From: an uncultured Clostridium sp.
GTDB taxonomy: Bacteria > Bacillota > Clostridia > TANB77 > CAG-508
Assembly: GCA_948467875.1 (NCBI GenBank)
Contig: CAOKFZ010000001.1
Coordinates: forward strand, 61,889 to 125,888
Length of the DNA: 64,000 bases
Direction of reading: 5' to 3'
Below, in pieces: positions 40,850-52,086 of this stretch (positions within the stretch are counted from its first letter, which is position 1; every line of letters begins with the position of its first letter). A program made the translations under genes and the position numbers. The notes beneath the pieces were generated by a model. The model saw only the letters and a list, made by a program, of their open reading frames with translations. It ran no database searches and was not told where the DNA came from.

Positions 40850-42231
40850 ATTTTCCCTTTCTCTACTACCGTTCCTTCTTTCGTGTCTTTGACGGTATAT
40901 CCTTTTTCCATCAGCACATCACGAAGTCTGTCTGACTCTGCCCAATTTTTATTTTGACGTGCTTCGTCTCTTTCTTTGACAAGCTCCGAAATTTCCTGTG
41001 GCAACTCCTCTTCTTTGGGTTCATAATGTGCCAAATCAAATCCTAAAACTTGGTCAAATTTTAGCAATACTTCCATCAATTGTTTTGACTTTTTCGGATA
41101 TTTCACCACTTCCCAAACAACACTCATCGCAACTGGCATATTCAAATCATCATTAATAGCCTCTAAAAAGCGATTTTCAAAATCCTGTAAAACCTTACTT
41201 TCCACCGTTTCTGTACCATTTTTATGCTTTAAGTATCCTTCACGAAGTCTTGAAAGAGCCACTTTGCTACTATCCATAGTATCCCATGTAAAATTAATTT
41301 TATTTCGATAATTGGAAGCAAAATTAAACATTCTATACACAAGTGGCTCATAGCCTCTATCCGCCAAATCTTGCAACGTATACAAATTATTCAAACTTTT
41401 TGACATCTTTCCGCCATCAATAGTTAGAAAATCAACATGCATCCAAAAATTGGCTGGAATTTTGCCACAAAAGCCCTTGCTTTGCGCAATCTCATTTTCA
41501 TGATGAATTGGAATATGGTCAATCCCACCTGTATGAATATCAAACTGCTCGCCCAAATATTGATAACTCATCGCCGAACACTCCAAATGCCAACCTGGAT
41601 AGCATTTTCCCCAAAAAGTATCCCATTTCATCAAATGATTTTCTGGTGCTTTAATCCAAAGTGCAAAATCCGAAATATTCTTTTTCTCACTATCAAATTC
41701 AACACGTGCACCAGCCTTTTGCTCTTCCACATTGCGGTTTGACAAAACGCCATACTGATCTAATTTTGAAGTATCAAAATAAATCGTATTTTCGGTTTCG
41801 TACGTATAACCATTTTCTATGATTTTCTGCACATATTTTTCCATCACATCAATGTGCTCAGTCGCACGAGCAATGATTTCAGGCTGGTCAATGTTTAATT
41901 TTGCAATATCTTTCAAGAAAGCATCCATATAAAACTGCGCAATTTCAAATGGGTCTTTTTTTTCTCTCTTTGCCGCTTTTAACATTTTATCTTCGCCCTC
42001 ATCGGCATCCGAAGTCAAATGTCCTACATCGGTTATATTCATCACATGCTTTAACGTATAACCATTGTATTTTAACGTTCTGCGAAGTGTATCCATAAAA
42101 AGATACGCACGCAAATTTCCAATATGGGCATAACCATACACAGTTGGTCCGCAAGAATACATGCGAACCTCCTGCTCATTTATTGACTTAAACTCTTCTA
42201 TCTTTCGAGACAAAGTATTATAAATTTTCAT
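40846..42231 (-). CDS. cysS: Cysteine--tRNA ligase
   Basis: Class I motifs HIGN and KMSKS, plus CGPTVY. 461 aa. Confidence 0.9.
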   Translation of the reverse strand: MKIYNTLSRKIEEFKSINEQEVRMYSCGPTVYGYAHIGNLRAYLFMDTLRRTLKYNGYTLKHVMNITDVGHLTSDADEGEDKMLKAAKREKKDPFEIAQFYMDAFLKDIAKLNIDQPEIIARATEHIDVMEKYVQKIIENGYTYETENTIYFDTSKLDQYGVLSNRNVEEQKAGARVEFDSEKKNISDFALWIKAPENHLMKWDTFWGKCYPGWHLECSAMSYQYLGEQFDIHTGGIDHIPIHHENEIAQSKGFCGKIPANFWMHVDFLTIDGGKMSKSLNNLYTLQDLADRGYEPLVYRMFNFASNYRNKINFTWDTMDSSKVALSRLREGYLKHKNGTETVESKVLQDFENRFLEAINDDLNMPVAMSVVWEVVKYPKKSKQLMEVLLKFDQVLGFDLAHYEPKEEELPQEISELVKERDEARQNKNWAESDRLRDVLMEKGYTVKDTKEGTVVEKGKI

Positions 42232-42270
42232 ATGGAATTCTCCTTTTGCTTTACAAAATTTCTTATATTT

Positions 42271-44907
42271 TTATGTATTGCCTTCTGGTGTTGAAGGCTC
42301 AGTAGGTGAAGTTTCTGGAGTAGCTGGATTGGTTGATGGCTCTGGTGTTGTCGTTGACGGAGTTGTCGTATTCGTAGTTGTTTCTGGTGGCGTATTTGTG
42401 TCAGGTGTTGGGGTTGTATTAGTTGTTGTTGAACCTGATGGCGTTTCTGTGGTTGTGTTTGTAGGCTTCGTAGTATTTGATGTATTTCCAGAAGAACCAC
42501 TTAAATCTACAACTGGCGTTGCTGGAACCGGTGTCTGTAATGGCGATGCTGTGTGTGGGCATACTCCAGTTGGTGCACTACCTGAACCACTACTTCCATT
42601 GGATGACCATGAAGCATCTCTTTCTTTTGGCGGTGTTCCATTATAATATCTCCATTCGCCAAATGGGCAACCTTCACAACATAGTAAATTCGTTTGTGTA
42701 CAAACCATTGCCTTGGTGTGACCATCACAATTCTCTGGCACAGAATTTTCTGTAAACACTTCTGTGTAAGTTCCTGAACAAGTCCCTGCTGCTTTTAAGC
42801 CTGATGCTTTGCATACAGTTACCTCAACAATTCCTTCTGGTTTTACAAATTCTGCATTTGGTAAATCCTCATGAACTTTTGCCATAACCTCAGACCAAAT
42901 TCGTCCCGCAGGATTTCCATTCGTATATTTTACTTCTGCATTAGTTTCATAACCATACCAACAAACTGCTGTGTAATATGGCGTAAATCCACAAAGCCAT
43001 CGGTCAAAATCGTCATTGGTGGTACCTGTTTTAGCCGCTACATTCATTCCTTTAATTGCACAATATTTCGCAGTTCCACTTGAGCCAACTACGGGTTCTG
43101 TCAAAATGCTTTTTTCGATATAGGCATTTTGTTTACTCATCACGGTATTTACTTTTTGTTTTGGTTCAAATTCAACTTTATCTTGCTTATCTGTTACATA
43201 TTTATAGAACGTTGGCTGAATATAAGTTCCATCATTGGCAATCATGCTATAGGCTCCTGCCATTTCAAGTGGTGTCACACCATCGCCTAAACCGCCCAAA
43301 GCAAGTGATAATCCTTCGTTTCCAGCCAATGGAAGTCCGACACTTTTACAAAAATCAATCGATTTATCAACTCCAATGTCAGATAAAGCTTTAACATGCG
43401 GAATATTAGATGAAATTTCAATGGCATGACGCATTGTCATAAGTCCTTTGAATCCTTTGTATTGGTTTTTAGGATTGTATTTTCCTTTATCAAACGCCGT
43501 CTGTGCATCATTATAAACAGTTGCAGCATTAATCGTTCCTGTTTCCAAGCCTGGTGCAATAACAGAAATTGGTTTCATAGAAGAACCTGTTGATTTACGC
43601 AATTTGGTTGGAAGATTAAAATAGCCAATTTTGGTTGTTGTTACTCTCTCTCCCTTTTCTCCAACAGCTGTTGCTGCCGCTACTACATTTCCTGTTGCAT
43701 GGTCTACAATTACCATCGTCGGAATTGAAGTTTGTCTTAATTTTGTTTTATCTTTTTTCGTAATCGTTGCTTCTGTATAATACTTATCTTGCTTAATCAC
43801 TTCTTCTAGTTTCGCTTGTACAGCAGTATCTTGTGTTGTGTAAATTTTTAAGCCACCACTATACAAATAGGTTTCTGCCATTGATTGGCTCATATTTCTT
43901 TCTTCCATAATTTGTGCTAAAATTTGCTCTAAAGCAGCCTCTACTGCATACGTTACTTCAATGGTTGGCGAAGTATCTCCATTTTGGAAATTTAAGCCAT
44001 TGTCTACTTCTCCAACTGCTCCATCGTATTGTTCTTGATTAATAACCCCAAGTTCTTGCATTTTTTTCAAAACCGTTTTGGTTCTTTTTTTAATGTTTTC
44101 TTGTTTTTTTTGTGTTTTTTCTGCATCTTCTGTATCCATAAATGGATTGTAGGCATTGGGGGAATGGTTAATTCCCGCCATAAATGCACATTCTGCAACA
44201 CTCAAATCAGCAGGCTTTTTATTGAAATAATATAACGCACCAAGCTCCACACCATTGATGTCATTTCCACCTATGAAAATTAAATTTAAGTACAATTCCA
44301 AAATTTGGTCTTTTGACAAATATTTTTCAACTTGCATAGCTTTTGACATTTCTTTGACTTTTCTAACAACACCTGCTAAATCGCTATCTTCCTTATCATT
44401 TGTGATATTTTTAACAAGCTGTTGCGTAATCGTGCTTCCACCAAATGATGATTGCCCTGCATGAGTAATAAAGGTCAGCGTTGCCGCAGCAGTTCTTTTG
44501 ATATCCACACCTTGGTGTGTATAAAATCTTTCATCTTCAATTGCCACATAAGCCTTTGGCAAATATTCTCCCATCTCAGACAAAGAAATACATTTTCTTT
44601 TAGTGCCACCACTCAAAGTGGCAATCAAATTTCCATCTTTATCATAAACAGTCGAGTTCTCATATGGGATGACTAAATCTTCTTTGCTAATTGTTAACTC
44701 GTCACCAAACATGCTATAAAATGCTCCAATAAGCACTCCGCTTCCTATAATTAAGGCTAATAATAAAACAATAATTAAAATTTTAATGACTTTTCCAGCT
44801 TTGGATTTTTTCTTCTTATTTTTTGTTTTCGTGCTTTTACTTGCTTTTTTAGTTACTTTTTCTGAATCATATTTTTTTGTTTCATCATTTCTTTTTCCAC
44901 TCCCCAT
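42271..44907 (-). CDS. Class A penicillin-binding protein (GT51 + transpeptidase) with a Thr/Pro-rich C-terminal tail
   Basis: An N-terminal TM anchor, the GT51 motif region RFY.H.GVD and the transpeptidase motif STGSSMKP. About 140 low-complexity T/P/S/N residues form the C-terminus. Confidence 0.85.
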   Translation of the reverse strand: MGSGKRNDETKKYDSEKVTKKASKSTKTKNKKKKSKAGKVIKILIIVLLLALIIGSGVLIGAFYSMFGDELTISKEDLVIPYENSTVYDKDGNLIATLSGGTKRKCISLSEMGEYLPKAYVAIEDERFYTHQGVDIKRTAAATLTFITHAGQSSFGGSTITQQLVKNITNDKEDSDLAGVVRKVKEMSKAMQVEKYLSKDQILELYLNLIFIGGNDINGVELGALYYFNKKPADLSVAECAFMAGINHSPNAYNPFMDTEDAEKTQKKQENIKKRTKTVLKKMQELGVINQEQYDGAVGEVDNGLNFQNGDTSPTIEVTYAVEAALEQILAQIMEERNMSQSMAETYLYSGGLKIYTTQDTAVQAKLEEVIKQDKYYTEATITKKDKTKLRQTSIPTMVIVDHATGNVVAAATAVGEKGERVTTTKIGYFNLPTKLRKSTGSSMKPISVIAPGLETGTINAATVYNDAQTAFDKGKYNPKNQYKGFKGLMTMRHAIEISSNIPHVKALSDIGVDKSIDFCKSVGLPLAGNEGLSLALGGLGDGVTPLEMAGAYSMIANDGTYIQPTFYKYVTDKQDKVEFEPKQKVNTVMSKQNAYIEKSILTEPVVGSSGTAKYCAIKGMNVAAKTGTTNDDFDRWLCGFTPYYTAVCWYGYETNAEVKYTNGNPAGRIWSEVMAKVHEDLPNAEFVKPEGIVEVTVCKASGLKAAGTCSGTYTEVFTENSVPENCDGHTKAMVCTQTNLLCCEGCPFGEWRYYNGTPPKERDASWSSNGSSGSGSAPTGVCPHTASPLQTPVPATPVVDLSGSSGNTSNTTKPTNTTTETPSGSTTTNTTPTPDTNTPPETTTNTTTPSTTTPEPSTNPATPETSPTEPSTPEGNT

Positions 44908-44988
44908 TTTATCCCTCGCTTTCTTTTTTGCATTATATTACATTTCATAAAAAATATAAAGTATAAAATAAAAATTTATCCAAATTTT

Positions 44989-45909
44989 TCACCGTATTTT
45001 GATTGGATTTCCTCTCAAAAAATCCTGAATACTCATTTTTTTTGCGTTTTCGCCTTGTATCTCTAAAACTGACAAAATTCCCAATTTGGTTTGCACCAAT
45101 AAGCCTTTTTTGTCATCCGCTAAAATCACTGTACCACTCATTTCTGAAGTCTCTGCCATCTCCTTTTCTACATCTACCTTCCAAAATTTTACTTTTCTTT
45201 GTCCTAACATACCATATGCACCCAAAATCGGATTTAGTCCTCGAACTAGATTTTTGATGTCTTCCGCAGTTTGATTTTCCCAATCAATTCTCGCCATATC
45301 TTTAGTAATCATTGGCGCAATTGAATATTCCTCTGGTTGTTTCGTATAAATTGCTGTCCCATTTTCAATTTTCTGAATTGCTTCTAATAACAACTCTCTA
45401 CTGATTTTCGCCAAACGCCCCCACAATTCTCCTGTGGTTTCATTTTCCAAAATCGAAACTTGTTTTTGCAAAATGATATCCCCTGCATCCATTTTTTCAT
45501 TCATTTTCATAATGGTTGTGCCAGTTATTTTATCTCCATTTAAAATCGCCCATTGAATTGGCGCAGAACCTCTATACTTTGGAAGTAAAGACGGATGCAC
45601 ATTGATACAGCCATACTTTGGCATATTTAAAATCGACTTTGGCAAAAACTTTCCGTAAGATACAACTACAATCATATCTGGATTTGCTTCAACAATTTGT
45701 TGTTTAATCTCACTTAATTTTTCTGGCTGATATACTTTCAATTGTTTTTCCAAAGCAAACTCTTTTACCTCACAAGCTAGCATTTTCATGCCTCTGCCTT
45801 TTGGTCTATCAGGCGGCGTGACAACAAATGCAATTTCATGCCCTGCGTCATATAATTTTTCCAAGGCTTCTCTTGCAAAATCAGGTGTTCCCATAAAAAT
45901 TATTTTCAT
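44989..45909 (-). CDS. fmt: Methionyl-tRNA formyltransferase
   Basis: N-terminus MKIIFMGTPDFA. 306 aa. It lies immediately downstream of def. Confidence 0.85.
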   Translation of the reverse strand: MKIIFMGTPDFAREALEKLYDAGHEIAFVVTPPDRPKGRGMKMLACEVKEFALEKQLKVYQPEKLSEIKQQIVEANPDMIVVVSYGKFLPKSILNMPKYGCINVHPSLLPKYRGSAPIQWAILNGDKITGTTIMKMNEKMDAGDIILQKQVSILENETTGELWGRLAKISRELLLEAIQKIENGTAIYTKQPEEYSIAPMITKDMARIDWENQTAEDIKNLVRGLNPILGAYGMLGQRKVKFWKVDVEKEMAETSEMSGTVILADDKKGLLVQTKLGILSVLEIQGENAKKMSIQDFLRGNPIKIR

Positions 45910-46409
45910 GATTTTTCTTTCCTTCTTTCTTCTTTTTGTTGTTCTGTTACCGTTTCCAAAGTTCCTTCTTCTACCTTCTGAATAAAAACTTCTCCATTCA
46001 AATGGTCAATTTCGTGTGATAAAGCCTGAGCTAGCAAATCTTTTCCTTCTATACGAACCTTTTTCCCATTGATGTCTAAACCTTCCACTACAATCGTTTT
46101 TGGACGTTTTACTTTGCCATATTGATTCGGAAAACTAAGACATCCTTCATCCACAATTTGTTCGCCTTTTTGCTTTTTAATCACAGGATTAATCAAAATA
46201 TATTGCGTATTTTCTTCATATAAATCAATCACAATAATGCGCTTCAAAATTCCAACTTGTGGACCTGCTAGTCCAACACCTTCATATTTGTGCATCGTGT
46301 CCATCATATCTTCTGCCAAAATTTTTATTTTATCATCAATTACTTCAATCTCTCTTGCCTTTTTCTTTAAAATTTCATCATCACCATATCTTAAATTTCG
46401 AATTGCCAT
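45906..46409 (-). CDS. def: Peptide deformylase
   Basis: Motifs GVGLAGPQVG, EGCLSFP and HEIDHLNG. Confidence 0.85.
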   Translation of the reverse strand: MAIRNLRYGDDEILKKKAREIEVIDDKIKILAEDMMDTMHKYEGVGLAGPQVGILKRIIVIDLYEENTQYILINPVIKKQKGEQIVDEGCLSFPNQYGKVKRPKTIVVEGLDINGKKVRIEGKDLLAQALSHEIDHLNGEVFIQKVEEGTLETVTEQQKEERRKEKS

Positions 46410-46426
46410 TTTTCTTCTTCCTTTCT

Positions 46427-48664
46427 TTACATCAAGTTATTTGGATTGACATCTACAATTATTGATGTATTTTTCATTTTCGCAATTTGTGCATCTGTGA
46501 TGCTATATTTTATCAAATCCAATATTTTTGCATTAATCTTGCCTTTTATAATCATACGCCAACGGTATTTATTTTGTATTTTATCAATTGGCGCTGGCAC
46601 AGGTTGATACACCAATACCTCTTTCATTGCTACTTGTTTCACCTTATTATATACTATTCCGAGCTGCCTTTTTAAGTTCTGAAATATTTGTCCCTTGAAA
46701 CCTGATTAATATTATATCGCAAAACGGTGGATATTTCAACAATTTTCTTAAAGGAATTTCCGTCTTAACAAAATCTTCATAATTTTGATTTTGACTATGG
46801 ATAATCGCATAATGCTCTGGATTATAAGTTTGAATAATAACACGCCCTGCTTCCTCACGACCTGCACGACCTGCTACCTGCACCAAAGTTTGAAACGTTC
46901 GCTCTGGTGCCCTAAAATCCTCCAAATTCAAAATGCCATCTGCTGCCACAACACCAACCAATGTCACATTGGGAAAATGATGCCCTTTTACCACCATTTG
47001 AGTTCCAATCAAAATATCTATCTTTTCATTTTTAAACTGGTTCAAAATTTCTTCATGGGAATTTTTCTTTGTCACTGTATCATTGTCCATACGAATCGTT
47101 GTGCCATTCGGAAAAAGATGATGGACTTCTTCTTCTAATTTTTGCGTGCCTGTCCCAAAATATTTTACTTTTTCACTGCCACATTCTGGGCAGTTATGTG
47201 GCACATTTTCCTCTAAACCACAATAATGACATTTTAATTGATTCTCAAACTTATGATAAGTCAAACTAATATTGCAATTTTTGCATTTGAAAACATAGCC
47301 ACAATCGCGACACATCAAAAAAGTCGAGTAACCTCTACGGTTCAAAAATAAAATCGTTTGCTTTTTCGCCTCTAAATTCTTTTGAATTTCCTCTTGCAAC
47401 TGAGAGCTTAGCATAGATTTGTTGCCAAGTGCCAATTCTTGCCTCAAATCAATGACTTGAATTTGTGGCAATTTTGCCTCATTTGCCCTTTTCGTCAAGC
47501 AATACAAATTGGATTTTTCCGTTTCTTTTGCCTCATAATAACTCTCCAAATCTGGTGTTGCACTTCCTAAAACAAGCGGGCAACTATTTTTCTTCGCCAA
47601 ATAGCCAGCCAATTCTTTCGCATGATAACGTGGGGTTGTCTCTGATTTATACGAAGCATCATGCTCTTCATCAATCATGATAATACCCAAATTTTGCAGT
47701 GGCGCAAAAATTGCAGAACGCGCTCCAATGACAATTTTGACTTCCCCTTTTTGAATTTTTTGCCATTCATCATAACGCTCTCCAATCGAAAGTTTACTAT
47801 GTAAAACCGCAATTTGTTCCCCAAAACGCGCCAAAAATCGATCCACCATTTGTGGGGTCAACGATATTTCAGGCACAAGCACAATCGCTGTTTTTCCGCT
47901 TTTCTAGAACTTTGCTAATGAGTTGCAAATAAATTTCTGTTTTACCGTGAACCTGTAATTCCAAAAATCAAATTTTTGGAATATTCGCTAAACTCAATAT
48001 CTTCTGCAATTGATTGAAAACAATTTTGCTGCTCATCTGTCAATTTTTTAGGCGCATCTTTTTCCACATTTTTATGTACAAATGGATTTCGCTCAATTGG
48101 TTTTTCCACAATTTCAATGATTTTATTTTTCTCCATTGTTTTCAAAACAGCGTGACTCACATCCGCCAAAACCTCCAAATCCGAAATATAAATTCCGTCA
48201 TTTTCTAGCAAAAACTGAGCTGCTCGAATTTGTTTTTCACTTTTTATTTTTCTCGTTTCGATTAAAAAATTGATTTCGTCTTCATCCTTTTTCAAAAACA
48301 CAAAATTGCCTTTTTTTTCTTTGGCTCTGTTTTCCAACTTTTTCCCACCAGTCCCTGGTGGTAACATCAACTTGATACAATCTGAAATATTGCAAAAATA
48401 TTTTCGCGCCATCAATTTTGCCAAAATCATATTTTCTTCTGTCAAACTTTCATTTTTGTTAATCTGACTAATTTCTTTCACCGCAAATTCTGAATTTTCC
48501 TTTAAAGCAATCACAAATCCGTCTTCTAATTTGGAGCCCCTGCCAAAAGGCACCAAAACACGAGTGCCAATTTTGATTTCATATTCAAAATCGCTTGGTA
48601 CGATGTAATCAAATATTCGGTTAAGCGCTTTAGCATTGCTATTGATAATGATTTCCGCAAACAT
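46427..48664 (-). CDS. priA: Primosomal protein N' (replication restart helicase), split into three ORFs by frame breaks
   Basis: 47942-48664 ends ...IFGITGS (the Walker A site is interrupted). 46647-47882 has DEEH and zinc-ribbon cysteines. 46427-46642 is the C-terminus. Confidence 0.75.
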
Positions 48665-48689
48665 ATTTCTTCCTTTTCTTTATTTCCAA

Positions 48690-48740
48690 AAAAAGCGAGC
48701 GAAACTTTCGGCGTTGCCCAAAATTTCCCACGCTTTTAGT
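48690..48740. terminator. Palindromic repeat (family copy B) acting as a bidirectional intrinsic terminator
   Basis: AAAAAAAGCGAGCGAAACTTTCGGCGTTGCCCAAAATTTCCCACGCTTTTAGTTTTT. Confidence 0.5.
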
Positions 48741-48751
48741 TTTTACTCTCT

Positions 48752-49330
48752 TCAGTTTATTGATTTAAGCCAGTTTTGGTATTCTTTTATAATCTCATCT
48801 TTTACTTCTTCTGGTGTTTTATTCGTCGTATCTATTACTAAATCATAATTTGCAAAATCTTCTTTATGTACACCATAAAGTTCAAAATATCTTTCATTTT
48901 CCATTTTAAAACGACGCATAATATCTTCCTTTTGTTCCTGAACCGTAGAAAATTTCTCAGTTGCTTTTCGTGCCTCATCATAAAAAGCTCTTTTGGCAGC
49001 TTCGTCAATATCCACTACCAAATACACTTTAAACGACTCTGGAACCGCATACCAACCAAGTCTTGCATCAATGATAAAATGATTATGTGTCTTCGCATAT
49101 TCTGCCGCACTTTTTTCGATTTGTCTATCAATCTCTGGGTGGTCTTTCAAGTATGCATTAAAACTCGTAATATCTAGTCCTTTCTCCTTTGCCAATTTTC
49201 TAACATATTCTCCATTTCGATAAACGGTATAATTTAACTCTTCACATAATAGCTTAGAAACCGCACCTTTTCCAGACGCTAACTCTCCTGCCAATGAAAT
49301 GATATTTTTCTTTTCCATATTTTTTCTCAC
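48752..49330 (-). CDS. P-loop NTPase, cytidylate-kinase-like / nucleotide-kinase-like family
   Basis: Glycine-rich loop IISLAGELASGKGAV. It occupies the position between rpoZ and priA. Confidence 0.4.
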   Translation of the reverse strand: MRKNMEKKNIISLAGELASGKGAVSKLLCEELNYTVYRNGEYVRKLAKEKGLDITSFNAYLKDHPEIDRQIEKSAAEYAKTHNHFIIDARLGWYAVPESFKVYLVVDIDEAAKRAFYDEARKATEKFSTVQEQKEDIMRRFKMENERYFELYGVHKEDFANYDLVIDTTNKTPEEVKDEIIKEYQNWLKSIN

Positions 49331-49336
49331 TTTTAT

Positions 49337-49567
49337 TTATTCTTCATTTTCTTCATTATTTTCTTCTGTTTCATCTTCATTAATGCGATAAACTTTGTCT
49401 TCATAGATTTCGTCAACAGCAAGTGACACTGGAGACTTATCCTCCATCGTCGTCATTGGCATTTCCCCTTCTGCAATTTGTCTTGCCCTTTTGGCTGTCA
49501 TAATCACAAGCGAATAACGATTATCCACCTTTTTCAATAAATCTGTAACTGCTGGTTTAACTAACAT
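49337..49567 (-). CDS. rpoZ: RNA polymerase omega subunit
   Basis: ...DNRYSLVIMTAKRARQI, followed by an acidic tail. Confidence 0.8.
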   Translation of the reverse strand: MLVKPAVTDLLKKVDNRYSLVIMTAKRARQIAEGEMPMTTMEDKSPVSLAVDEIYEDKVYRINEDETEENNEENEE

Positions 49568-49568
49568 T

Positions 49569-49838
49569 TTAACATTCCCCCTTTTCTTTTTCTAACTCAT
49601 TTTGATTATTATTCAATCTACCTGCAATCGTTTCAGGTTGCACAGCAGATAAAATCACATGCCCCGAATCCATCATAATAACAGCTCTTGTACGTCTTCC
49701 AAATGTAGCATCAATTGCTTTTTTTTCGTCTTTCGCCTCTTGCACAATTCTTTTCAGCGGCGCCGACTCAGGACTGACAATTGAGATAATTCTGTCGCTT
49801 GACACCATATTTCCAAATCCAATATTAATCAGTTGCAT
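49569..49838 (-). CDS. remA: Extracellular matrix/biofilm regulator RemA (DUF370)
   Basis: [30 protein letters not shown]...[23 protein letters not shown]. Confidence 0.8.
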   Translation of the reverse strand: MQLINIGFGNMVSSDRIISIVSPESAPLKRIVQEAKDEKKAIDATFGRRTRAVIMMDSGHVILSAVQPETIAGRLNNNQNELEKEKGEC

Positions 49839-49856
49839 AATTTAAAACCCCTTCTC

Positions 49857-50732
49857 TTATTCTATATTTTGAACTTGTTCTCTTATGTTTTCGATTTCAT
49901 TTTTCAAATCAATCACACGATTTGTAATTTCCAAACAATTCGCCTTTGAGCCAATCGTATTGACCTCTCGGTTCATTTCTTGAATTAAAAAATCAAATTT
50001 TTTCCCAATTGGTGATGTTCCTTCTGTAAACTGATCAAATTGTCTGATGTGACTCTTCAACCTTGTAAGTTCTTCTTCAATCGAACATTTATCCGAAAAA
50101 ATCACAATTTCTGCTGCCAAACGATTTTCATCGATTACTTTTTCCTCTAGCAATTCTTTCATTCTTGTTTCCAACTTTTGCCTATATTCCTGCACTAAAC
50201 TTCCCGAATAATGCTCAATTTCCTGCACTTTTTGCTCCACAACTTGAATTCTCTTTTGCATATCTTGGATTAATTCAGTCCCCTCTTGCTGTCTCATTTC
50301 CACAAAATTCTTGAGTGCCTCCTCTACTGCTATCATTAATTCTGTTCCAAATAATTCCTCGTTTTCATCCTCTTCTAGTTTCAAAATCTCTGGCAATTTC
50401 GCTATGTCCATTAAGTTCACTTCATATTTCAAGTCAGTCTCCTTTGCCAATTCTTGCAAACCTTTCACATATTCTTTAGCAAGTTCTAGGTTAAAATGAA
50501 TGTGATTTCCAATACTACTATTATTTTCAAATGTAATAAAAACATCCATTTTACCACGTGAAATTTGTTCTGCTATTTTCTTTCGAATTTTGTCTTCAAA
50601 ACAACTTAAAAATTTAGGCATTCGAACCGAAATATCACTGTATTTATGATTAACCGATTTTATCTCACAGGTATAATTTCTGCCATCTTTTTCATATTTT
50701 CCACGCCCAAATCCTGTCATACTTTTTATCAT
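49857..50732 (-). CDS. yicC: YicC/YloC-family endoribonuclease
   Basis: MIKSMTGFGRG lies at the N-terminus. The C-terminal region is DUF1732-like. Confidence 0.8.
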   Translation of the reverse strand: MIKSMTGFGRGKYEKDGRNYTCEIKSVNHKYSDISVRMPKFLSCFEDKIRKKIAEQISRGKMDVFITFENNSSIGNHIHFNLELAKEYVKGLQELAKETDLKYEVNLMDIAKLPEILKLEEDENEELFGTELMIAVEEALKNFVEMRQQEGTELIQDMQKRIQVVEQKVQEIEHYSGSLVQEYRQKLETRMKELLEEKVIDENRLAAEIVIFSDKCSIEEELTRLKSHIRQFDQFTEGTSPIGKKFDFLIQEMNREVNTIGSKANCLEITNRVIDLKNEIENIREQVQNIE

Positions 50733-50734
50733 TT

Positions 50735-51232
50735 TTATTCCTCTTCTCGTACAATTTCTTTCACATCACTCAAATTATTTTGGTAATTTTCTTCTGTCTT
50801 TACATAATCAATCATTGATTTTACTAGATAATACACAGCACAAAAAAATGGTGTTAATGCAAAAATTTGTGCCATTCCTTGATTTAAATTTTTTAAAATT
50901 TGTGGCATATAAAGCATAATGACACTAAACACTAGCAATTCTATTCCCACAATACCCAAAGTTCCGCTTTCTCTGCGATACGCAATCTCAAATACAAGCA
51001 CCGTTACCAAAATAAACGCCACTGCAAATCCTTTTAGCACCCTATTTGAAATAACTTCTGGCACCCCAATATACACTCCATCTGCGATGCAAAAATACAA
51101 CATAATCAAAATCGCAAGCCACATATTCCAAAGGATTTTTTTATCTAATTCATCTTTAACTTCTTGTGTCATTTTTCTTTTTCGTGTAATTTCTTCTACC
51201 ATTTTTGTTGCCTTTTGTACTGTTTTTTTCAA
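50735..51232 (-). CDS. Hypothetical membrane protein (about four TM helices)
   Basis: A basic N-terminus followed by hydrophobic helices. Confidence 0.45.
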   Translation of the reverse strand: MKKTVQKATKMVEEITRKRKMTQEVKDELDKKILWNMWLAILIMLYFCIADGVYIGVPEVISNRVLKGFAVAFILVTVLVFEIAYRRESGTLGIVGIELLVFSVIMLYMPQILKNLNQGMAQIFALTPFFCAVYYLVKSMIDYVKTEENYQNNLSDVKEIVREEE

Positions 51233-51981
51233 AATTCATCCTCCAATTCATACATCACAATCGAAGCTACTACTAAAGCCACTGTTTCTGTTCTTAAAAT
51301 TCGCCTGCCAAGACTAACTACTTTTGCCCCAGCATTTTTTAGCAGCAAAACTTCCTCTTTTTCAATTCCGCCTTCTGGTCCAATCACGACTGCAATTTTG
51401 AAATTTTCTTTTTTTTCCTTCATTTTCAATAATTCATTTTTGAGCATATTTTCTTTTTCTTCCTCATAGGCTAGCAATATTATATCATACTCTTGCACCA
51501 AATGACAAATTTTTTTAACATCTATAACTTCTTTTATTTCTGGAACCAAATCACGTCCACTTTGTTTTGCTGCGACTTCTGCAATTTTTTGCCAGCGTTG
51601 AAATTTTTTTGTTTCATCTTTTCCAGAAAATTTCACAATACTTCTTTGAAACGCCACTGGAATAATTTTGGATACGCCAAGTTCGGTTCCTTTTTGAATA
51701 ATCAGCTCCATTTTATCTGCTTTGGGAAGCCCTTGAAAAATGTGTAATTCTACATTTCCTTCTGAAACCGTTTCCACTTTTTCTACGATTTTAGTTTGCA
51801 CAAATTCCTTCTGTATCTCCTCAATTTCACAAACAAAATTCTCCCTTGTTTCTTGATTACAAACTTGAATTTCGTCCCCCATTTTTAATCTTAGCACATT
51901 TTTAATATGATTGACATCAGTTCCAATAATTTTGATTTTTTCTTCTTCTCTATTTTCATTTTTTATAAAAAATTTACTCAT
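51229..51981 (-). CDS. rsmE: 16S rRNA (uracil1498-N3)-methyltransferase
   Basis: An N-terminal PUA-like domain and the SPOUT C-terminal motif IAVVIGPEGGIEKEE. Confidence 0.75.
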   Translation of the reverse strand: MSKFFIKNENREEEKIKIIGTDVNHIKNVLRLKMGDEIQVCNQETRENFVCEIEEIQKEFVQTKIVEKVETVSEGNVELHIFQGLPKADKMELIIQKGTELGVSKIIPVAFQRSIVKFSGKDETKKFQRWQKIAEVAAKQSGRDLVPEIKEVIDVKKICHLVQEYDIILLAYEEEKENMLKNELLKMKEKKENFKIAVVIGPEGGIEKEEVLLLKNAGAKVVSLGRRILRTETVALVVASIVMYELEDEF

Positions 51982-52086
51982 TTTATTTTTCCCATTGTTA
52001 ATAAGAATACTGCAATTGTATTCTTAAAATAATTATACCATATTTTCGCAAAAAAAGAAAGAGATTTTGGAAAAAATTTACAATTT

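Noticed and set aside
42278-42755. Plus-strand ORFs (122 aa, Gly/Val-rich, and 92 aa) antisense to the PBP gene
   Set aside because: They are antisense products of the Thr/Pro-rich low-complexity codons of the PBP tail.
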